From the NCBI RefSeq assembly GCF_018977255.1, contig NW_024704742.1, positions 1,304,001 to 1,364,000 of the forward strand: DNA of 60,000 bases, read 5' to 3'. The stretch comes from Callorhinchus milii. Lineage: Eukaryota. The notes under the pieces were generated by a model, which worked only from the letters and a program-made list of their open reading frames with translations, was not told the origin of the DNA and did no database searches. A program made the position numbers and the translations under genes. Of the stretch, positions 51,690 through 60,000 are shown in pieces (positions within the stretch are counted from its first letter, which is position 1; each line of letters begins with the position of its first letter).

Positions 51690-53040
51690 TGGACATGAAT
51701 CCCGGGGCTAGGGTTAGCTGTTTTTGCTGTAAACAAAAGGCTGCCGTCGACATCACTCACTCCAATCTGGTTTCACCCTGACGATAGTACAGACAGCCTT
51801 AGCCAAAGTTACAAGTGACATTGCGTCTAATTATGACCGGTGCTCTCTCTGTCTGCTCATCCTTCTTGATCTCTCCCCTGTCTTTGATCACTCTATTCTT
51901 CTCCACCGCCTCCCCTCTCAGCTCTACCTCTCAGGTCTGTCCTTGCCTAGTTCTGTTCTTACCTTTCCCGTCGTTCTTACCTTTTCCATCAATGGCTTCT
52001 CCTCTCGCCCTCACACCCCGGGGCTCCGTCCTCTGTCCTCTCCTTTCTAATATTTACGTGCTCCCGCTCGGGGGATATCATCCACAGGCACGGGGTTAAC
52101 TTCCACATGTACGCTTGACACTCAACTCTAACTCTCTGCCACTCAACTCCAGGATTACTGCTGTCCTGCTGTCAGACATCAAATTCGGATGAGAGCCTAC
52201 AGTTGAATATCGACAAGAACTAGGCTCTCCTGTTTGGTTCCTGTGACGTCACCACACCTCAGGTGCTGACAGCATCACCATCCATGGATGCACACTCCAC
52301 TTCACCGAGCCAGTACGGCACCTGGTGTCTTATTCGACCATGAATGGTTTTAAACCCCATATCCATGCCATTACCTGTTGCACCTTCCCCCACCTCTGCA
52401 ACATTGCCCCCTCCTGCCTCCCCTCAGGCTGCTGAAACCCCCATCCACACTTCCATTGCGTCTGGGCTCGACTACGCTAACTCCCGGCTCGCCAGACTTC
52501 CCAACTTTTCCCTCCACGAGCTGCAGATTATTTAGAACTCTGCAGCTCATGTCCTCTCCCGCACGAAGCTTCACGAGTCTACTACCACCATCCTCGCCCG
52601 GCTTCACTGGCTCCCCATTCCCCAGAGGATCGAGTTCAACATCTTTGTCCTCACCTTTAAAGCCCTTCGCAGTCCTGCTCCTCCCTGTGTCTGCAGCCTA
52701 TTAAACTTCACCAACCTGGTCGTTTCCTCCGCTCTGCAGGTTACTGCTTGCTCCACGTTCCCCCACCCTGCCTGCTCCACTATCTGTAGTCGGGCCTTCA
52801 GCCTTCCTACCCCCACGCTCTGGAACTCTATCCCGGAGCTCCTCCACATCGCCTCCACCCTTCCCTCCTTCAAGGCTTGTCTTGAGACTTTCCTTTTGCA
52901 ACTGTGCCTTTGGTCATCTTCCCTCTTCCACTCCCACTTGCCCTCCACTCCACAGCTGGGGCACAAACCCCTCATTGTCCAGTGCCTTGCGACGTCCTCC
53001 TGATGTGAGAGGTACTATATAAATATAATTTGTTGTAGAC
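51690..53040 (+). mobile_element. L2-clade LINE relic including a degenerate RT domain
   Basis: Frameshifted RT motifs QSGF..TALAKVT.DI, LILLDLS..FD, P.GSVL.PLL and FHMYA(D)DTQL, then the ORF2 C-terminus and type 1 tail; shares CAGGTGCTGACAGCATCACCATCCATGGATGCACACTCCAC (one mismatch) with the 10600 copy. Confidence 0.9.
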
Positions 53041-53672
53041 AATGACCACTGCTGGTGCCACTTCCTCAGCTCTTGTTATCCTGGCAAGCCAAAGCCCTAC
53101 GGCTCTGAGATACTACCCTGTGTAAGGGTCGCTATATAAATGCATGTTGTTGTTGTTTTTGTTGTCAGTAGGGTAGTCCTACCCTGATAAGCCGTGGCAA
53201 TTTTGTCAGCCTGTGCATTCAATGGCAATCTATGTGGTTTTAGCTGCTTAAACTCCAGCAGTACCCGAACGCACACGCTCTGACCTCCAAGCCTTGGCTC
53301 TTGCCAAGCTGTGCCTAAGACTCTCAGAATTAGGTCATCAGAATGCGTGCCTTTTATGGAGAGAGTGCGCCTTCCATTCTGAAACACAAGCATTTCCACG
53401 TGCAGGTGAGATCCGTGGAACTCTCTGTATGGTTTGGATACTCTTAAGCTTAGGGATAGGTTTCCATGTTGTTTTAGACATCTGGCTGACCTCCAAAACA
53501 TTATATGTCTCAGCGTCCTGGGCTGGGGTTGGGTAGAACAAGGAGGAGAGGAAGGGGAGAGAAAAATAACTAGAAGCCTAGTCTGTTGCGGTTGCCGTGT
53601 AATAATAATAATAATCCTTGAATTTGATATAGTGCCTTATCTCGTCGTTGAGACGTCTCAAAGCGCTTTATT

Positions 53673-53994
53673 GTGGAGTCCTGTAGCTCAGTGGTTGGAG
53701 CACTCGCTTTGCAAGTGAGAGACCTGAGTTCCATTCCAGGCAGAGGGCGAAACCTCGGGCAAGTTTCCTTACTCCACACAGAGCCTAATAATAATCCCTC
53801 CAAAACAAAGCAATAACAAATTGGTCATTTTCAATCTACGACTGTTTGTGGGACATTGCTGTGCGCAATTGGCCGCCGCGTTCGCCCACAAATACACAGT
53901 CAGTTCACTTTACAGTGTGATCTGTGAAGCGCTTTGGGACGTCCTCCCGACGTGAAAAGCGCTATATCAAATGCAAGGATTATTATTATTATTA
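53673..53994 (+). mobile_element. Full-length young SINE, subfamily A, nested in an older minus-strand SINE
   Basis: GTGGAGTCCTGTAGCTCAGTGG...GCGCTATATCAAATGCAAGGA(TTA)n; the flanks 53600-53668 and 54001-54050 are the two halves of an older SINE. Confidence 0.93.
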
Positions 53995-56949
53995 AAATTG
54001 ACAGAATATACTGTAAAGTGGAGTGACTGTGTATTTTGTGGGCGAACCTCAGCATTTTGTGGTGACCTGTGCAGGAAAGTGCACAATGAATTGAGGGCAG
54101 GATGGGGCCTGCCTGGGATGCTCTCCCACGACTTTCAATTTTGCTCACACGTGAAGAAATGCCACTCTGGAACAGCACCAGAAGGCAACTGGCACCTAAT
54201 GGAACAGCGTCACGAGGAGAGGGCAGAACACTTGTGGGAAAACAGTGACCCATCTGCAAAATAGAGTGGGTTTTGCATTAACAACATTTTGCTTTCCGGA
54301 CACGTTTCTGTATTCTGCAAACAACATTACGTATAGGAAGCCTATTACTGCACTACTTAAATGTTGCGCAAGCAGTAAAACGTGTTCCTCCGTCAACCTG
54401 CATCGACATGTACACACAGTCGCAGCAGCAAAACTTTACTGACTGCATTTTGAACTGGAGTATCTGCTGCGTACTGGAGCAAGAGCAAGAGCTCGGCACT
54501 TCTAAATCGGTGGTATACACTGCAACCTTTCAATGACAAATAGCCTGCATCACTGCAATACCTTTGTTGTCCATTACATATTTCAACACCCACTGGTGCA
54601 GGCCTCGGTATCTTTTAGATCTCTCCCATGTCCGCTCTTGGCCCTCAGGACTTGGCATATCCGCGCTTGTTGATTCAGCTGCATGTCTCCAGTTTGAGTT
54701 ACGTCGTCAAGTAAATCAAAACCCACAGGGCAGATTTCAGCACAGTGGCGTTTAAAGTCATTACGCCCGGACACACAATCCTATTTTAATTTAAGAGTGT
54801 TCCTCAATTGCATTGAGCTACCCTTCAGCCAATATCACGCACAGCATTTCGATTATGTTTTTGTGGGGGTGGGGAGGGAATCGCAGCAACATGACTCTGG
54901 AGCAATTCGCGCGGGACCTTTTCTTCTACAGGTTGGAAAAGTAAGCGACACCCAAGAGAAAGAAATGGCGATGGCAAAGAATTTCGTAACTCATTCTCAA
55001 AGTTGTCCAAATGTAACAGATGTGGGAAAGGACAAATTAGCCCTTTACGTACGTGGGCAAGTACAGACCCGCTGAACGTTTGGACCCTGGCAGCTGGCTG
55101 TATAGCATTGAAAATAGCCCACTCGTCACGAGGTGCATCAGAGCATTCAAAGCCAAAAATGTTGCCCCGCACATTAACAATTTTACCTCCAGATGTCGGC
55201 CGCTCTGCAAAAATAATGTCTTGATCGTGGGAAAAAATGTGTGGGTCGGATCTTTTTCCCCCCCCGGGTTGTTTTGGCACGTGGACGAGTTCCGAATGTA
55301 CAATTTTAGCCTTCAATGTGTTTTTCTTAAAATCCAAGCAACGCTGCTGGCCCGGCAGTTTGTGCTATCTTGGCCAGAGTGTAATTGAAGTTATCAGTAT
55401 TGGAATTGAATGCAGCAAATCTTCTATAGTGTTACAGCATGCTGCACGAACCGAGTTTGCCAGTAAATTCCACCTCAATTCACAGGGAAAACCTGTTTTC
55501 ACTCAGTTAACTGGATCCAATATCTTAAGAGGCTGCGTTTATAACTGAATTGCAAAAAAAAAATTAAGTACCAACTTCTAGGTCGTGAGTGCACTCACGG
55601 TTGTTACCTGTTCCTACGTGCCGTGTCCAAAAAAGTGTAACCGCCAGCACTTCCTTCGTGAAATGGTCGCTAACATTTTATAGAAAGAACGCACACACAT
55701 CGTGTGGGAAGTGACATTACTGGTCGTTTCTGCACCAAATGCAGAAAGGGGATTCAGCGACACTTATCGGGTATAAATTGTAGAATGGAAATGGCATCAG
55801 CTGTGGTCCGCGAATCGGCCATGTTTTATTGGGTCCAATGTGGACCTGAGCTCCAAGTGAACCCGCGCTCAATCAGGGGACATTATAACCGTGTTGCCTT
55901 TTAAGTGCTCCGAGACGCTACCGTGCTGAAACACGCTCGATCTTATTGGTTTGTTTTTCTTTTATGACATTTTCTAAGCCAGACTGTACGCCTTGTATTC
56001 ATTTTGATTAGTTTGATGCAGATTCTCTCTAACAAGAACACACACACACACACACAAGCAATAGCGCTTGAATAAGCAGAGCACTCTTTCTTCATCCACC
56101 CCTGAGACCAGAGGGAAGGAATGTAAGAAAAGTAAAACCTAAAGAAAATTGTGCAATTTTATCGTGTCAAATTGTTTCCAAGAGCTTCAGGAACAATTAC
56201 TGTCAAGTGTTGTGATTGTTTTTGACGAGTGTTTTGCAAGCTCCTACGTGCAGATGTAACTTGATTTAAAAATTGACTGCCGCGCCTTTGGTGAGTAATT
56301 CACATTCCCTCATCGCTTGTCCTCCTGTGCATACCGTACCATACCATGGGTACGTTTCGCAAGATAAACATAAGAGGAGGGAGGACCCGAATAACTACAA
56401 CACACTGAACGCAATCTCTCTGACAAACGCATGACTGAATTTCTAACTCACGTGGCAAAAACACCCTCATGGCGCACTGTTATATGATCCTACTGGCACC
56501 CTCACACACTGATACGCCCACTTCCGATGTGTCCAGAGAAATCTAAATATTGTCACTTACGTTCTCACTTACGCACACAGTGTACTTGGGATTGGTACAT
56601 AACGTAATATTAATAAGTTGCACGTCTTGATAGCGTACTGATTGTGAGCACCTCCATATGACTAACTCTACAGTTAACTGATGAGTAGAGTGGTCCTGGC
56701 TGGACAAGCAACCAGAAAGCTTGCCAGACAGTGATATCAATCGCAAGCTATGCTGTTTTAGCTGCCTGGACTCCACACTCTGGGTCCCCAAGCCTTGGCT
56801 CTTGCCAACCCCTACCTAATACCTTCTGGAATACACAGTCTCTCTCTCTTTCTCTCTCTCCTTCTCTCTCTTTTTCTCTCACACACATTCAATCACTCCC
56901 CCCAACCTCTCTCTCTCTCTCTCTTTCTGGTTTGACAGAGCCCAATTTA

Positions 56950-57100
56950 GCCAAAATATGACGTCTGGAGGATGTAAACTCAACTGACTTAGCGATATAG
57001 CCCAGCATCCTGTTTGCCTTGTGTATTGCTGCCTCACGCTGTTTTGGTATAGTGAGCAATAAGCCAACAGGCACCCTGAGATCTCTTTCAGCTTCCCCCT
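56950..57100 (-). mobile_element. CR1 ORF2 fragment
   Basis: KQREAAIHKANRMLGYIAKSVEF matches the CR1 motif QCxxAxxKANRMLGxIxR. Confidence 0.8.
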
Positions 57101-58489
57101 CTCTTTCAGCTTCCCCCTCTCTTCCGTCTGTAGAATGCTTGTGTTTTCCTATCCTTGCTTGATCATTTTATTATTGCCGTAGACTGGTGTGTTCCACAGA
57201 GAACTGCTATTGCCAGTGAGTACCTCTAGACAGCCTTGACATCAGCAGTTAGCCAATCTATGGGGCCGGAAAGCAGTGAGCACTCCTGTAGAGCCAGAAC
57301 AGTGCTCGCCTAGTAATAGTCAGCACCAATAGTCGAACTTGAAGGGCGCTAAAATGAGGTTCCCCTGTATGCTGTCAGGCTGCCTGAGTAACAGGATCCA
57401 TTAATGAATTCATTAAATAAAAAGCTATTATAAATCGTTCCTCTCGTGAAATTAGCCCCGACCTACGGGGTGCGAGATACCTGTTTCAACCCGTGGAGGG
57501 TTAGTGGCCGTGGTGCAAAACCGCATTCTATTTGAACTTTCTCACCAGGGCGAGCGCTGATTAATTCTGGCCGAACATCAAGGAAACAAAGGCGGTATTT
57601 CTTCACCCATTAAATAGTGTTCAGCATTTGCCACAACAGGCAGCGCTCATTAGGAAACCAAAGTGAAGGGATCACCGTCAGCCGCACTCGGGGTGGGTTT
57701 CCACAAACATACGCCCTACAGCAATCCCGCACCCCCCTCCCCCACCACCTCCCCTACCCTTCCTCCAACTGTCCATGGCTCTCGCTGCAGGATCACTGCT
57801 CATCACACTGCAGAGTGGCTTCGACAAGAGCAGACGGTTCCCGTGGAATTCTCTCTCGTTTACTGCGCGGTTGGATTTCGCGAGAAAGAAGGATAAGATA
57901 ATGCAGCGATTCCACAAGTCACAAGTCGCGCAGGCTCCGGTCCTGGCTTATTTTTTGGACCCCCTTTTTCCCCCCGAGCTGCGGGGCAGGAACTGCACAG
58001 GCCAGCGGTGGAGGAATCACATCGCCGTCTGGAACACAGGCGGGTGAGGCGCTGGGCGAGCTAACCTCGAGGTCGGAATAAATACGAACGGTCACATTTA
58101 TACTGCAGCCACCAGAGGTGCTGTGGTCAGGACTTCTCCACTGCCTGTGAAATGCGGCCATGAACGTCGAGGCTGCAGTCAGGAGTAGTACAAGCAGCAG
58201 GTTGCTGGTCTGGGGCCGGGCGGGGTGGGGGGTGGCAGGAAACAATCCTAAACTCCCAACTGCTGAGCAGCGCAGTGGCTCAATTCTGTTTCAAGCCGCT
58301 GTGCCTTCTTATTAGCTGCTGCAACTGCTGTGCATTTGAACAGAGTAACTGATCATTTGACTCCCACCCTATCAGGCGTACAGAATGCAACGCCGCTACT
58401 ATATCACGCTGGACTATCGACCTGGTTCATTGATAACGCAAAAAGGGGGCGGGGGGGGGGTCTGGCTCCCCATTCGCTGTTCCTGGATG

Positions 58490-58630
58490 AACCGCTTCTG
58501 ACGATGGGTCGTGGACCCGAAACGTTAATTCACTTTCCTTTCTCCGTAGATGCTGCCTGACCTGCTGTGTTTTCCCAGCGCTCCCTCTGTTTTGGTTTCA
58601 GATTCCAGCTTCTGCAGTATTTTGTGTTTT
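58490..58630 (+). mobile_element. Penelope-like element terminal (pseudo-LTR) fragment
   Basis: TCTGACGA.GGGTC...GACCCGAAACGTTAA..TTCTCC..AGATGCTGCCTGACCTGCTG..TTTCAGATTCCAGC.TCTGCAGT, a recalled chondrichthyan Penelope end; a weaker minus-strand relic lies at ~9690-9775. Confidence 0.7.
58494..58530 (+). ncRNA. Minimal type I hammerhead ribozyme motif
   Basis: CUGACGA (58498-58504), U, stem II GGGUC-gug-GACCC, GAAA (58519-58522), palindromic minimal stem III (AACGUU) and a GUU cleavage triplet; stem I is degraded (gctt/aatt). Confidence 0.7.
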
Positions 58631-58705
58631 GTCGCCGATTATTGCGATGGCTTTATCCATTTCCTCCTTTTTGTAAAAAAAAACAGGAGTTCCGCCAACA
58701 ACCAC

Positions 58706-58890
58706 GAGCCCTGTAGTGTAGTGGTTAGAGCTCTCGCCTCACAAACGAGAGGACCTGGGTTCCAGTCCCAGGCCGGACAAAACCTTAGCCAAGTTTCCTT
58801 ACTCCACACGCCTCTGTTTACCTAACAGTAAGTAGGAACCCAGTTGTTTGTCAATTGGTGGATGGCTTTCCGGGGGTAAATATCCCTCCT
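58706..58890 (+). mobile_element. SINE subfamily B, 5' half
   Basis: Head and central segment only. Confidence 0.82.
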
Positions 58891-59734
58891 AAACTATCGT
58901 AGACTTGTTTGGTGCTGGAAAGAAAGTGTGAGTGTCACACCGCCTTCCTGCTTTCCAGGAAACTCTTGTCAAATCGACGTGTGGAGTATTATCATCACTC
59001 GTTCTGGCTCTCCTCATTCTCTTCCAGAAGGTCAACTCAATTCACAGAACTGAATTGATCCTCTGCCTCCGGTGACAGGACTTCTGATGGGAGATCGAGC
59101 TTGTGTCGCAATCATTCCCTCCCCATTCACAGATTTACTCACCAACCTTTACCCACAAAAAATCAAGTTCCCACAGTAACTCGACAGTAACTGGGCCCGG
59201 GTTTGATGCATTACAGGCCCTGTAAAAATGCACGTTTTGAATTATTCACAGGCAGGATGGAAAAAAAAACACAAGCTAGCAGGAATTCCGAGGGGAACGA
59301 GCATTTTTTCTTCATTTTTGCAAGTACGATTCATAGAAATGATAGCACAGGATTGCAAAACAGGACTAAGCGATCTGTCAGGCCCAAAGTAAAAAAAAAA
59401 ATGCCCTCTTCAATTTACTTATAAAAAAACACCCACACCCTCCCACCCCCAGGCCCCTTTCCCTGTGCCGATTGTGCCTCTCATAGTGCCCTTCAATATA
59501 GCACAGTGCCTCTCTTATAAAGATAGGTAATAGCATCTTATGGCATCGAAGCACAGCAATCCTGTAACAACGTCACTGGTGACCGCACAGACCAAGATGC
59601 AGCTGCTTTGCTTCCTCATTTAATCACAGGTGGGAATCTGGGGATTCCAACCAACGACCACATTGTAACGGGGTTCCCCTGTGTTTCCCACAGTGTAAAA
59701 TAATCCCACCACTGAACTTCGGTCTGTGTCCTCT

Positions 59735-60000
59735 TGCACTCTCAACCAGAAAGCTGTGGGTTCAAGCCCCACGTCGGGACTTTGAGTTTTTACATTCACG
59801 GCTGACACTTCAATGCAGCGTTGGGGGGAGTGTCGCATTGGTGGGCACGACGTCTTTCAGATAAGACATTAAACTGAAGTCCTATCTGCCTGATCAGGTG
59901 AACGTTAAATATCCCACGGCTCTATTGGAAAAGAGAAGGGAGTTTCTCCCAGTGTCCTCACCGACAATCCCCCAAATAAAATTGATCGATGGCCGTTGGT
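59735..60000 (+). mobile_element. DeuSINE (SacSINE1-like) running off the window; other partial copies at ~3085-3430(-), 31240-31436(-), 36235-36525(+), 45839-46020(-)
   Basis: GTGGGTTCAAGCCCCAC..GGCTGACACTTCAATGCAG..GTCTTTCAGATAAGACATTAAAC..GGGAGTTTCTCCCAGTGTCC. Confidence 0.8.

Larger units (their letters stand above)
1..60000 (-). other. FAM13A: Window lies within the FAM13A transcription unit (introns ~3 to ~7)
   Basis: All four exons are internal. Neither the upstream GLxQEGLFRV exon nor the downstream ERPLSPFY exon was found by eye, so the gene probably extends past both ends. Confidence 0.75.

Noticed and set aside
53673..53750. tRNA-Ala-like sequences as tRNA genes
   Set aside because: They are SINE heads fused to the SINE body, without a proper acceptor stem or Pol III terminator.
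54825..55337. 170-aa minus-strand ORF
   Set aside because: No recognisable homology or convincing splice sites; not the missing FAM13A exon 3.
58105..58123. CTCF-like CCACCAGAGGTGCTG
   Set aside because: The 3' half deviates from the consensus (GGGCGC); unsupported without a PWM scan or ChIP data.

Overview
Eukaryotic (vertebrate) genomic DNA, not prokaryotic. The repeat content (tRNA-headed SINEs with an L2-type tail, SacSINE1-like DeuSINEs, L2, CR1 and Penelope relics) points to a cartilaginous fish, probably a chimaera or elephant shark; this is inference. The window lies inside one minus-strand gene, FAM13A (RhoGAP-domain protein). I found four phase-compatible coding exons by reading splice sites, and none appears in its correct frame in the ORF track: 43824-43995, 39823-39970, 26894-26992 and 18424-18629. 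They correspond to human exons ~4-7, i.e. the C-terminal half of the RhoGAP domain plus the linker. The upstream exon with the arginine finger and the downstream exons were not found and probably lie outside the window. Almost all ORF-track entries come from retroelements or are chance ORFs. The most interesting signals are: a minimal hammerhead ribozyme in a Penelope end; a covarying stem-loop shared by SINE and L2 tails, with an apparent tail swap; nested retroposon insertions; inverted young SINEs flanking the exons (circRNA potential); two intronic hairpins; ancient MER125-like and AmnSINE2-like relics; an unclassified dispersed repeat; a poly-Ser microsatellite in exon 7; and several candidate alternative exons. 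I see no convincing wholly new biological system. Repeat family names and human comparisons come from recalled sequences, not database searches, and repeat boundaries are approximate.
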